From NCBI GenBank assembly GCA_038252405.1, contig JBBSAJ010000009.1:3670-67669 (forward strand): a stretch of DNA of 64,000 nucleotides, read 5' to 3'. Source of the DNA: Actinomycetes bacterium (GTDB taxonomy: Bacteria > Actinomycetota > Actinomycetes > Prado026). The position numbers and the translations under genes were made by a program. The notes under the pieces were generated by a model. That model was not told the origin of the DNA, made no database searches, and saw only the letters and a list, made by a program, of their open reading frames with translations. Each line of letters starts with the position of its first letter. Position 1 is the first letter of the stretch. Of the stretch, positions 35,155 through 45,601 are shown piece by piece.

Positions 35155-37218
35155 CTACGGCACGCCCATGGTCGCGGCGTGCGTGCCGAGCAGGCCGTAC
35201 GGCGCGAGCAGGTCCATGCCGTCGGGCGTGTTCAGGTAGCCGGCCCCGGAGCCGGCCACCCCGGTGTGCCCGTACTGCCACACCACCGTGTTCGTGGCCG
35301 GGTCGATCACGATGACCCGGTCGTTCCTGTCGTCGTTGACCATGACCATGCCGTTGGGCAGCGGCAGCGCGAGTGAGGGGTGCGACAGCCGCTTGGCTCC
35401 GGCGGGCTTGTACCGCCACAGCGGCCGGCCGGACCGGTCGAAGATCAGCACCTGGCCCGGCGTGGAGTAGTCGACGGTGAGGTACCGGCCCGCGCTGATC
35501 TCGTTGGTGTCGGACGGGTAGGCGACGTCGGGGACGTGCACCGACCAGCTCGACGTGCCGTCCAGGCCCAGCTCGGAGACGTACGCCCCGCCGATCTCGG
35601 TGACCAGGTAGTGGCCGTTGGCCATCGGGAAGGCACCGTTCGGGCTGCTGTAGCGGGTGGGTGGGGCGTGCCGACAGCTGCCCGGCAGGCCGTAGGACCG
35701 CTCCGCGGTGTGCGCTCCGGGGGCGACCAGCAGCACCCGGCAGTTCTTGATGTCGGCGATCAGCAGCTGCCCGTCCGGCAGCATCATCGCGTCGTCGGGG
35801 TTGTTCAGGTGGTTCGGTCCCGACCCGGGCGTGCCCGGGGTGCCGTAGCGGTAGACGATCCGGTGGGTCGCGATGTCGATGACCGAGACGACGTAGTCGT
35901 CCTCCTCGGTCGCGATGATCTCGCGGCCATCGGGGCTGAAGAACGCGTCGTCCGGGATCAGGAAGGTCTGCCCGGGGGCCAGGTCACCCGGCCGGGGGAA
36001 CTGCCAGCGGAGCCGGCCCTGCGGGTCGACGATGATCACCCGGTTGTTCGCCTTGTCGGCGATGAGGATCGGCCCGGGCAGCACCGACGGGTCGGAGCCG
36101 GCGGCCAGGTGGCCAGGGCCGGTCGCGGCCGGCAGCCAGTCGGGAGAGCCGACCGAGGCGCCGGCCGCGGAACCGGTCGTGGTACCGGTTGAGGACGACG
36201 CCACGGGAGCCGGAGCCGGCTCGACCAGCCGCAGGGTGACGACCGACGCCAGGGTGGTCGGGGTCTCCCCGCCCAGCAGGTAGCCGACGCCGTCGACGAC
36301 CGACGCGCCCGAGTCGGAGACCCCCTGCGGCAGCCGGCCGGCCGAGGTGACGGTGCGGTGCGCGGGGTCGAAGGCGAGCACGTCGGCGCTGCGCTGCTCG
36401 CCCTGGCCGGTGCGCCCACCGGCCAGGTAGATCCGGTCGCCGAGGGCCAGGGCGGAGGCGTGGGCGACCGGGTGCGGCAGGTGGGCGACCACCGTGGCGG
36501 CCCCGGTCGACACGTCGACCAGCTGGACGTCGTCCACCGTCGTGCCGTTGTGCTCACCGCCGAACACCCACAGCTGGTTGCCGCTGACCGCCACCGCGGG
36601 GTAGCGGACCGTCACGGGCAGGGTGGCCGTGACCGTGAAGTGCACGCCGTCCGTCGTGCGCAGCACGGCCGGCAGGTCGTGGCTGCCGTCGTACCCGCCG
36701 ACCACGTACGCGGCGCCGTCCACGGTGGCTGCGGCCAGGTCAGCCCGCGGCTGGGGCAGCCGGCCGACCACGCTGCCGGTGCCCCCGGCGACGACCGACT
36801 GCACGGACGCCGTGGGCCCCGAGGTCCCGCCGCCGAAGACGAACCGGTGGCTCCCCACGGTCGACCCGCCGGCGTCGTGGCCGGCCTCGGCGAGCTGGCC
36901 CGGCTCGCTGGCCCGGCCGGTCACCGGGTTGACCGCGTAGACGCTCGCGGTGGAGTGGTTGGCCGCGTCGAGGCCCCCCGCGACGAGCAGCAGGTGGCCG
37001 TCCGGCTGGACGACGGAGCGGGACACGGCCGCGGGCAGCTGCCAGTCGGCCGTGGCCACCTGCAGGACGAGCGGCCGGGCCGCCGTCGTGGCCGCCGGCC
37101 GGCTGGCTGACCGGCTTCCGGTCGTCGTCGGCGTCGAGGACCCGGCGCACGAGGTGAGCAGCAGCGCCGCGCCGACTGCGAGAGCGGGGCCGGCGGGGCG
37201 GAGGGAGGGCACGCGCAC
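35155..37218 (-). CDS. secreted lipoprotein with N-terminal Kelch/beta-propeller repeats and a C-terminal NHL/arylsulfotransferase-like beta-propeller
   Basis: A GTG at 37218 gives the signal peptide VRVPSLRPAGPALAVGAALLLTSC (lipobox LTSC). The protein shows repeated GG/YVVGG/LLGG propeller blades. Confidence 0.5.
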   Translation of the reverse strand: MRVPSLRPAGPALAVGAALLLTSCAGSSTPTTTGSRSASRPAATTAARPLVLQVATADWQLPAAVSRSVVQPDGHLLLVAGGLDAANHSTASVYAVNPVTGRASEPGQLAEAGHDAGGSTVGSHRFVFGGGTSGPTASVQSVVAGGTGSVVGRLPQPRADLAAATVDGAAYVVGGYDGSHDLPAVLRTTDGVHFTVTATLPVTVRYPAVAVSGNQLWVFGGEHNGTTVDDVQLVDVSTGAATVVAHLPHPVAHASALALGDRIYLAGGRTGQGEQRSADVLAFDPAHRTVTSAGRLPQGVSDSGASVVDGVGYLLGGETPTTLASVVTLRLVEPAPAPVASSSTGTTTGSAAGASVGSPDWLPAATGPGHLAAGSDPSVLPGPILIADKANNRVIIVDPQGRLRWQFPRPGDLAPGQTFLIPDDAFFSPDGREIIATEEDDYVVSVIDIATHRIVYRYGTPGTPGSGPNHLNNPDDAMMLPDGQLLIADIKNCRVLLVAPGAHTAERSYGLPGSCRHAPPTRYSSPNGAFPMANGHYLVTEIGGAYVSELGLDGTSSWSVHVPDVAYPSDTNEISAGRYLTVDYSTPGQVLIFDRSGRPLWRYKPAGAKRLSHPSLALPLPNGMVMVNDDRNDRVIVIDPATNTVVWQYGHTGVAGSGAGYLNTPDGMDLLAPYGLLGTHAATMGVP

Positions 37219-37320
37219 GAGCCAAGAGTGTCGCCGTCGGCGGGTCAAGGCCAGGTAAACCGGCGACCTCACCGGCGCGTCGCCCTGCAGGGCGACCGCT
37301 CCGGCGCCGATACGTCCGGC

Positions 37321-37701
37321 ATGAGCCTGTTGCGACCCGTCGGACCGGTGCTGGTCGCCGGCTGCCTGCCCCTCCTCGCCGGCTGTGGGGGGAACCCCGC
37401 CCAGCAGGTGGCGGACACCGTCGTGTCCCAGGTGTCGACGGCCCACCGGACCGAGGTCGTGGCGGCGCTGGCGGGGGATGCGCAGGCGCTGGCCGGCTAC
37501 CAGGCGACGAACGGCACGCTGCCCGCCGGCCAGGCCGAGTTCGCGGCCATCCCGGGGGTGGAGCGGCCGGGGGTGAGCGTCACCTACACGGCATCCGGCA
37601 GTGGCTGGTGCCTCGTCGGGACCTCCACCGCCCAGCCGCCGTCCACCGTGGTGTGGACCCAGAACGGGCCGCAGCCGGCCGGGGTGACGCGCTGTCCCTG
37701 A
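37321..37701 (+). CDS. small lipoprotein (126 aa)
   Basis: N-terminus MSLLRPVGPVLVAGCLPLLAGCGG with lipobox LAGC. Confidence 0.5.
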   Translation: MSLLRPVGPVLVAGCLPLLAGCGGNPAQQVADTVVSQVSTAHRTEVVAALAGDAQALAGYQATNGTLPAGQAEFAAIPGVERPGVSVTYTASGSGWCLVGTSTAQPPSTVVWTQNGPQPAGVTRCP

Positions 37702-38110
37702 GCAATTGGAAAGATCTTGGGAGAACCGCTTGCGCGGCGCCCCCAGGCCCGATAGACATCTCCCACGTCACCGGCGAAATCGGTGAGCGAGCAAGGGGAG
37801 ACCCGAGCAACCGCAACGGCTGAGGAGACTCGGCTGGCGTGGGCGAAGCGCGAGCAGGTGACGTGCCGGACGGAGACCGGGGCACCACGCCGAAGGGGCA
37901 ACCCGACGGCCTGCGGATGACGACGCAGCCGGTGCAGACGGACCGCGAGGCGCAGGCTGTGAAGCCGCGAAGCACCTGGGTGACCAGGAGCGACGCGAAC
38001 CGGACGTCATGTCGGTGCCACGCACGGCTGGGCAACCGGTCGTCTGAGGCGAAAGCGGCCGCGACAAGGCCCCGCGAACTCATACTTCGCGGGGCCTTGT
38101 TGATGTTCTA
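37702..38110 (+). ncRNA. candidate structured RNA of about 400 nt, family unknown (not RNase P RNA, tmRNA or SRP RNA by motif inspection)
   Basis: A 445-bp spacer between convergent genes with no credible ORF and locally lower GC. It shows local hairpins with GNRA-type loops (TCACCGgcgaaaTCGGTGA) and possible long-range pairing of 37733-37742 with 38050-38059. It ends in a strong terminator. Confidence 0.3.
38066..38109 (+). terminator. Intrinsic terminator hairpin AAGGCCCCGCGAA-loop7-TTCGCGGGGCCTT followed by GTTGATGTTCT
   Basis: 13-bp GC-rich perfect stem followed by a T-rich tail on the + strand. Confidence 0.6.
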
Positions 38111-38146
38111 CCGGTTCGGGTGGGCGCGGTGTGGCAGCGACACGCC

Positions 38147-39067
38147 TCACCCGTCGGTGGAGTCGCCCCGCTCGTGCCGCTCGGACAGGAACCGCTCGAG
38201 CTCGGCGCCGAGCTCGTCGGCGGTCGGCAGCCGGGTGGACGGGTCGGCCAGCAGGTCACGGTGGTCGGACGTGAAGCTGTCGTACTGCTCCTCCAGGCCC
38301 TGGACCACAGCGGCGACCTCGGGCGACTGCGCCACCTGCGCGTCGATCTCCCCGCGGACCGTGTCAGCGGCCGTGCGCAGCACGTCGGTGGGCAGGGACA
38401 GCCCGCTGACCGCGGTCACGGACTCCAGCAGGACGGCGGCGGACAGCGGGTAGTCCAGCTGGGCCACGTAGTGCGGCACGTGAGCGGCAAAGCCGACGGC
38501 GTCCAGCCCGTGCTGGCCGAGCCGATACTCCAGCAGGTGCCCCACGCTCGCCGGGACGGTCACCGTGTTGACCCACGGCTGGAACCCGGAGACGAGCTGC
38601 TTGCGGGTCGCGTGGGCGGTGACCCCGACCGGCCGGGTGTGCGGCACCGCCATCGGGATCGCGTTCAGGCCGACCGTGAGCCTGACGTTCAGCTGCGCGA
38701 CAACGCCGCGGACGGCGGCGATGAACCGCTCCCACTGGACGTCCGGCTCGGGACCGTCGAGCAGCAGGAACGGGACGCCGACCGAGTCCCACACCAGCCG
38801 GACCACCAGCTGGGGCTCCTCGTAGTGCTCCCAGTGGTCCTCTACGAACAGCATGGGCGGACGCCGGGAGCGGTAGTCGATCAGCTGGTCCACGTCGAAG
38901 GTGGCGACCACCCGGTGGTCCAGCGTCGCGAGCAGGTGCTCCCGGACCAGCCGAACCGCGCCCCCGGCGTCGATGAAGCCGCTGAGGGCCTGGACCAGGA
39001 CCGGCCGGTCCAGCTCGGGTCGGTCCGGCTCGAGTCGGTACAGCTCTGCTGGTGCCATGTCGGCCAT
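38147..39067 (-). CDS. PAC2 (proteasome assembly chaperone 2-like) family protein
   Basis: ATG 39067 (or 39058). Its neighbour is the sigma factor gene. Confidence 0.6.
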   Translation of the reverse strand: MADMAPAELYRLEPDRPELDRPVLVQALSGFIDAGGAVRLVREHLLATLDHRVVATFDVDQLIDYRSRRPPMLFVEDHWEHYEEPQLVVRLVWDSVGVPFLLLDGPEPDVQWERFIAAVRGVVAQLNVRLTVGLNAIPMAVPHTRPVGVTAHATRKQLVSGFQPWVNTVTVPASVGHLLEYRLGQHGLDAVGFAAHVPHYVAQLDYPLSAAVLLESVTAVSGLSLPTDVLRTAADTVRGEIDAQVAQSPEVAAVVQGLEEQYDSFTSDHRDLLADPSTRLPTADELGAELERFLSERHERGDSTDG

Positions 39068-39132
39068 CCAACCAGCAGCGGCGGACCGATGGCGGCGCCG
39101 GCCGAGCACCGCTCAGCCGGCCCGTGCCGGTC

Positions 39133-40110
39133 TCAGCTCGCCCAGGCGAGCAGGCCGGCGTTGAGCGCCGGGTCTCGCAGCTGGCGCATCGCCTCCCGCT
39201 CCAGCTGACGCACCCGTTCCCTGGACAGCCCGAGCACCTCGCCGATCTCGGACATGGTCCGCGCCTTGCCGTCGGTCAGCCCGTAGCGCAGCCGCACGAT
39301 GGTGGCCTCCCGCTCCGGCAGCCGCTCGATGGCGCGGGACAGCTCGGCCAGCATCTGCTGGCTCTCCAGTGCCGCAGTCGGCGGGGTGTCGTCGCCGGGG
39401 ACGACCAGGTCGGCCAGCGCGGTGTCCCCGTCGTCCCCGACCGGGGTGTCCAGGCTGACCGTCTCGCGACCGACCCGGCGCAGCTCCTCGACCCGGGTCA
39501 CCTCGTGGCCGGTGGCCTCGGCGATCTCCTCGACCGTCGGGGTGCGGCCGAGCGACTGCAGCAGCTCGCGCTCGGCCCGGCCCACCTTGGCGACCTCGGT
39601 GGCGATGTGCACGGGCAGCCGGATGGTGCGCCCGTTCTCGGGCAGCCCGCGACCGATGGCCTGCCGGACCCACCAGGTCGCGTACGTCGAGAACTTGTAG
39701 CCCTTGCGGTAGTCGAACTTCTCCACGGCGCGGATCAGACCCAGGTTGCCCTCCTGGACGATGTCCAGGAACGGCACCCCGCTGTGCCCGTACCTCTTGG
39801 CGATCGAGACCACCAGCCGGAGGTTGGCCCGGACCATGCGGTTCTTCGCGGCGTCGCCGTCGACGACCAGCAGGTCGAGCTCGGCCCGGCGCTTGGCGGT
39901 GGCCTTGATCTCGCCGGCCGCGGCCTGCCGGAGCAGCTCGGCCGCGTAGACGCCGACCTCGATCCGCTGGGCCAGCTCGACCTCCTCCTCGGCGGAGAGC
40001 AGGGGAGTGCGGCCGATGCCGTCCAGGTAGACGCGGACGAGGTCAGCGGTGGGGGCGGGTTCGTCGAGGTCGCTGGTGGAGACGGCGGTCGGGGCGTCGA
40101 GGGTCGACAT
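39133..40110 (-). CDS. sigB: principal-like (group 2) RNA polymerase sigma-70 factor, SigB/HrdD-like
   Basis: 325 aa. Regions 1.2, 2, 3 and 4 are present (YKFSTYATWWVRQAI, GRTPTVEEIA, TMSEIGEVLGLSRERVRQLE). RBS GGAGGGG. Confidence 0.8.
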   Translation of the reverse strand: MSTLDAPTAVSTSDLDEPAPTADLVRVYLDGIGRTPLLSAEEEVELAQRIEVGVYAAELLRQAAAGEIKATAKRRAELDLLVVDGDAAKNRMVRANLRLVVSIAKRYGHSGVPFLDIVQEGNLGLIRAVEKFDYRKGYKFSTYATWWVRQAIGRGLPENGRTIRLPVHIATEVAKVGRAERELLQSLGRTPTVEEIAEATGHEVTRVEELRRVGRETVSLDTPVGDDGDTALADLVVPGDDTPPTAALESQQMLAELSRAIERLPEREATIVRLRYGLTDGKARTMSEIGEVLGLSRERVRQLEREAMRQLRDPALNAGLLAWAS

Positions 40111-40220
40111 CGCGGGAAGGACCCCTCCTCACGGGGTAGTCGTGCTGTGCTCGGTGAAACGCCACGACCCCGCGAAACGTTCCGTCCGACCCCTCGCTCA
40201 GTGATCTTCTTAGCGCTCTC

Positions 40221-41057
40221 TCAGGTCCGGGTTGCTCCCGTGGTGGGGACCGACCGCCCGTGGAACTGGTCCATCGAGGCGTGCACACCCAGCGTGTGGG
40301 CGATCGCGTCGAACCAGCGGGGCGGCAGCAGCTGCGCGGCGAAGGCGGCCCGCGCGAGCGGCGGCAGGATCACCCGCGGCTGGTTGCGCTCGACCGCGCT
40401 GATCACCCGTTCGGCGACCCGCTCCTCGCTGAGGATGGGCAGCAGCCATGGCAGCCGGGTGCTGGCCCCCTCGAACATGCCGGTGTCGATGAAGAACGGC
40501 AGCACCACGGTGGTCTGCAGCTTCGGTGCGGTGCGGGCCAGCTCCACCCGCAGCGACTCGGCGAAGCCGTACGCCGCGTGCTTGCTGGCGGCGTAGTCGA
40601 CCAGCCGCGGGACTCCCATCGCGGCGGCTATCGACGCGATGGTCACGATGTGTCCGCGGGAGCGGGCCACCATGCCCGGGAGCACCGCCCGGGTGCACCA
40701 GAACGGGGCCAACGCGTTGACCGCCATGACCCGCTCGATCTGCTCGTCCGTGAGGTCGAGCAGGTCGGCCCCGGCCACCACGCCGGCGTTGTTGACCAGG
40801 ACGTCGACGCCGCCGTGCCGCCGTTCGGCCGTGGCCGCGGCCGCGGCGACCGCCCGCCGGTCCGTGACGTCGACCACCTGGACGGTCGCGGCCGGCCCGG
40901 CCCGTCCGGAGTCGTCGACCAGCCGGTCCAGTCCGGCCGGGTCGAGGTCCCAGCCCTCGACCCGGGCGCCGCGCTCGGCGGCGAGCAGCGCCATCCGGCG
41001 CCCGATCCCCGACGCGGCCCCGGTGACCAGCACGACTCGGTCTCTCAGCTCGGACAT
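40221..41057 (-). CDS. SDR family oxidoreductase
   Basis: TGAASGIGR Rossmann motif and the YAASK catalytic motif. Confidence 0.8.
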   Translation of the reverse strand: MSELRDRVVLVTGAASGIGRRMALLAAERGARVEGWDLDPAGLDRLVDDSGRAGPAATVQVVDVTDRRAVAAAAATAERRHGGVDVLVNNAGVVAGADLLDLTDEQIERVMAVNALAPFWCTRAVLPGMVARSRGHIVTIASIAAAMGVPRLVDYAASKHAAYGFAESLRVELARTAPKLQTTVVLPFFIDTGMFEGASTRLPWLLPILSEERVAERVISAVERNQPRVILPPLARAAFAAQLLPPRWFDAIAHTLGVHASMDQFHGRSVPTTGATRT

Positions 41058-41087
41058 CGGGGCTGCCTCCTGGGTGGTGGGTCCGGC

Positions 41088-41117
41088 GGGTCAGGCGGGT
41101 CAGGCGGGTCAGGCGGT
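41088..41117. repeat. Tandem decamer GGGTCAGGCG repeated three times (plus a partial copy)
   Basis: Direct repeat at the 3' end of the hypothetical gene 41109..41411. The stop codon lies in the first unit. Confidence 0.5.
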
Positions 41118-41407
41118 CGGGCCGAGCTCGTCGTCGAGCCGCTGCGGCCAGTCCGGGTGGGCCAGCTCGGCTTCGACGAGCAGCTCCCCGGGGTGGTCGT
41201 TGGCCAGCTCGACGGCCCGCACCAGCCCGGACAGCTCCCCGCCGGCGGCCAGCACGACCGCGGCGACGATGCGCTCGGGGTCGGGGTCGTCGGCCCGGAG
41301 CCGGGACAAGATGTCGTCCACCAGCTGGAACTCGCCGGGGAAGTCCTGCTGCACCCGGTGCTCCACCCGTGGGGTGAGGCCGGTCCGGTGCATCGGCTGC
41401 TCGGTGC

Positions 41408-41411
<4 letters not shown>
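41109..41411 (-). CDS. hypothetical protein (100 aa, acidic)
   Basis: Translationally coupled downstream of pgm (pgm stop TGA 41408-41410 overlaps this gene's ATG at 41411). Confidence 0.4.
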
Positions 41412-43072
<1,661 letters not shown>

Positions 43073-43110
43073 CCGGTCATCCTGGGTGGGTGCGCGCCCG
43101 GATGTCCACG

Positions 43111-43270
43111 CCCCCCTCCCGCATGAAGGTGCCCTTCTGTGCGTGTGCTCGCACAAGTACGCCCTTCATGGACGCCGGGGGTGCCGCGCTGCTCGTCGTC
43201 CCCGACGGCTTCGCCGACAGTGAAAGGCGTGTTGCTGCGACGATGCGCCCAGAAGGTGCCCTTCATGCGG
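43111..43270. mobile_element. MITE-like element, copy 6 (full)
   Basis: Left arm CCCCCCTCCCGCATGAAGGTGCCCTTCTGTGCGTGTGCTCGCACAAGTACGCCCTTCATGG and right arm ...GTGAAAGGCGTGTTGCTGCGACGATGCGCCCAGAAGGTGCCCTTCATGCGG. It sits between the pgm start and the aldolase stop. Confidence 0.75.
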
Positions 43271-44212
43271 TCAGCTGGGCCGGGTCGTGGCATGGATGTC
43301 CATGACCGCGTGCAGCAGGTCGACGGCCTCGTCGTGCGGACGCTGGAACGAGTTGCGCCCCATGATCGTCCCGAAGCCGCCGCCCAGGGCGGTCTGCCGG
43401 TTCTCCTCGAGCACCTGCTCGGTGCCCTTGGCGGCGCCGCCGGAGAAGATGACGATGCGGCGTCCGGCGAAGGCGGACTGGACGACGTGTCGGACCCGGT
43501 CGGCGAGGGTGTCGAGGGGGACGCCGGCGGCCTCCAGCGCGGTGCGCGCGGCGTCGGACTCGATGTGCGCGGCCGGCGGCTTCACCTTGATGATGTGGGC
43601 GCCGAGCTGCGCGGCGATCTGGGCGGCGTAGGCGACGACGTCGACAGCGGTCTGGCCCTCCTTGGACACACCGGAGCCGCGCGGGTAGGACCACACGACG
43701 ACGACCAGCCCGGCGGCCTTGGCCTCGGCGGCGACGGCACGCAGCTCCTCGTACATCGCGTTCCGCCCGGCCGACCCCGGGTAGATGGTGAAGCCGACCG
43801 CGCTCGCACCCAGTCTCAGCGCGTCGGCGACGCTGGCGTTCAGGGCCGGCACCGGGTCGGGGCCGGAGTACAGCGAGTCGGAGTTGTTCAGCTTGAGGAT
43901 CAGCGGCAGCTGGCCGGCGTACTCCGCGGCGGCCGCCTCGATCGACCCGAGCGGCGCCGCGTGGGCGTTGCAGCCGGCGTCCAAGGCCAGCTGGAAGTGG
44001 TAGCGCGGGTCGTAGCCGGCCGGGTTGGGCGCGAAGCTGCGACCGGGACCGTGCTCGAACCCCTGGTCGACCGGGAGGATGACCAGTTTGCCGGTGCCGC
44101 CGAGCCGGCCGTGGCTCAGGATGCGGTGCAGGTTGGCCAGGGTCCCCGGCGTGTTGCCGTCGTACCAGGACAGGATCTCGCGGACGCGGTCGGTGGTCAT
44201 GTCTCTCAGCAT
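43271..44212 (-). CDS. class I fructose-bisphosphate aldolase (FbaB/DhnA type, DeoC/LacD family)
   Basis: Motifs LVILPVDQGFEHGP and IIKVK with the Schiff-base Lys. The stop abuts the MITE right end. Confidence 0.7.
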   Translation of the reverse strand: MLRDMTTDRVREILSWYDGNTPGTLANLHRILSHGRLGGTGKLVILPVDQGFEHGPGRSFAPNPAGYDPRYHFQLALDAGCNAHAAPLGSIEAAAAEYAGQLPLILKLNNSDSLYSGPDPVPALNASVADALRLGASAVGFTIYPGSAGRNAMYEELRAVAAEAKAAGLVVVVWSYPRGSGVSKEGQTAVDVVAYAAQIAAQLGAHIIKVKPPAAHIESDAARTALEAAGVPLDTLADRVRHVVQSAFAGRRIVIFSGGAAKGTEQVLEENRQTALGGGFGTIMGRNSFQRPHDEAVDLLHAVMDIHATTRPS

Positions 44213-44321
44213 CGGCCGCCGACGCCGCCCGGGCATGAGGCCAATGTCCCTACGGCCGTGGCGAAGGACGGCCGTCGCGTGGTAGTCCGGTGGGAGTGCC
44301 CGTGCACCGACCCGATGGAGG

Positions 44322-44732
44322 ATGCCGATGAGCCCCAGCCTCCCCCCGCCGGCTCAGGGCCGTGACGACCTCGGCCACCTGATCCTGCTCGCCGCCGCCG
44401 ACGTGGCGGCGATGCCCTGGGAGCCGCTGCGCGGGCTCGCGGGGGTGCACCACAAGGTGGTGTGGCAGTCCGGGGACACCGTGCTCGGCTTCATCCGGGT
44501 GGACCCGGGGGCGGTGAAGCCCGAGCACAGCCATCACGGCGCCCACCACCACATCCTGATCACCCAGGGCTCGGCGACCATGCTGGGTCGGCCGTTCACC
44601 GCGGGGGCGTACCTGTACATCCCGCCGGGCACCCTGCACGAGGTGGCCGACGTCGGGCCCGAGGGCTGCACCTTCTTCTACACCTACCGCCCGGTGGAGA
44701 TCGCCACAGCCAAGCCCCCCCGTCCCGCATGA
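44322..44732 (+). CDS. cupin domain protein
   Basis: HSHHGAHHHILI cupin metal motif. The last residues and the stop (KPPRPA*) are encoded by MITE copy 7. Confidence 0.6.
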   Translation: MPMSPSLPPPAQGRDDLGHLILLAAADVAAMPWEPLRGLAGVHHKVVWQSGDTVLGFIRVDPGAVKPEHSHHGAHHHILITQGSATMLGRPFTAGAYLYIPPGTLHEVADVGPEGCTFFYTYRPVEIATAKPPRPA

Positions 44733-44861
44733 AGGGCACCTTCTGTGCGCACTGCCGCACAAACCCACCCTTCACGGACGCCGTCAACCCGCGACCCGCC
44801 GTCCGATGAAGGGTAGGAAGGTTCGGCCACGCGCACAGAAGGTGCCCTTCATGCGGGTGGG
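44715..44861. mobile_element. MITE-like element, copy 7 (full; closest to the consensus)
   Basis: CCCCCGTCCCGCATGAAGGGCACCTTCTGTGCGCACTGCCGCACAAACCCACCCTTCACGG...GATGAAGGGTAGGAAGGTTCGGCCACGCGCACAGAAGGTGCCCTTCATGCGGGTGGG. Confidence 0.75.
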
Positions 44862-45482
44862 TCAGGCGGGGAGGGTGGCCAGGACGAGGCAGTCCAGCGC
44901 GTGCCGCTCACCGGTGTCGCTGCTGACCGCGCGGGTCACCGTCTCGGCCCGCACCACCTCCAGCGGTCCACCGTGGAGGTCCTCGACGACGTCGTCGGCC
45001 GTGTAGAGCGCGGCCGGGTCCTGCGGACCGCCGACGCCCTCGGTGAGGTTGCGGCTGTCGTGCGCGATGACCAGCAGGTGCCCGCCGGGGGCCACCCCGC
45101 GAGCCGCCGCCCGCAGCACGGGTCGCCGCTCGTCCGCGGCCACCTGCAGGTAGACGACCAGCACCAGGTCGAACGCCTGGGCCGGCGGCTGGTAGGACAG
45201 CAGGTCGGCCTGCACCACGTGCAGCCGGTCGGCCGCCAGCTCGCCGAGCCGCTCCCCGGCGATCCGCTGGGCCCGCGCGAGGGCCACCCGGGAGAAGTCC
45301 ACCGCGGTGGACGCCCAGCCCTGCTCGGCCAGCCAGATGGCGTTGCGCCCCTCGCCGGCTGCCAGGTCGAGCGCCCGTCCCGGCGTCAGCCGCGCGGCGA
45401 CCTGCTCGACGAACACGTTCGGCCCGGCCGACCACACCAGGTCGCGCTCGGCGTAGCGGGCATCCCAGGTGGTGCTGTCCAC
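44862..45482 (-). CDS. class I SAM-dependent methyltransferase
   Basis: SAM-binding motif LDLAAGEGRNAIWLA. Confidence 0.7.
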   Translation of the reverse strand: MDSTTWDARYAERDLVWSAGPNVFVEQVAARLTPGRALDLAAGEGRNAIWLAEQGWASTAVDFSRVALARAQRIAGERLGELAADRLHVVQADLLSYQPPAQAFDLVLVVYLQVAADERRPVLRAAARGVAPGGHLLVIAHDSRNLTEGVGGPQDPAALYTADDVVEDLHGGPLEVVRAETVTRAVSSDTGERHALDCLVLATLPA

Positions 45483-45601
45483 GGTGGCTCCCTTCGCTGT
45501 CGGCCCCCGATGGCCGCGGCACGCTCGACGATATCCGCGGCGTCGGCCCCGCGGGTGGCCCGCTGCCCTAGGGTCACCTGGACGACCGCAGAGGAGCAGC
45601 C

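Noticed and set aside
37702-38110. Identification of the orphan spacer as RNase P RNA, tmRNA or SRP RNA
   Set aside because: Their conserved motifs are absent on both strands. I kept it only as an unclassified candidate RNA.
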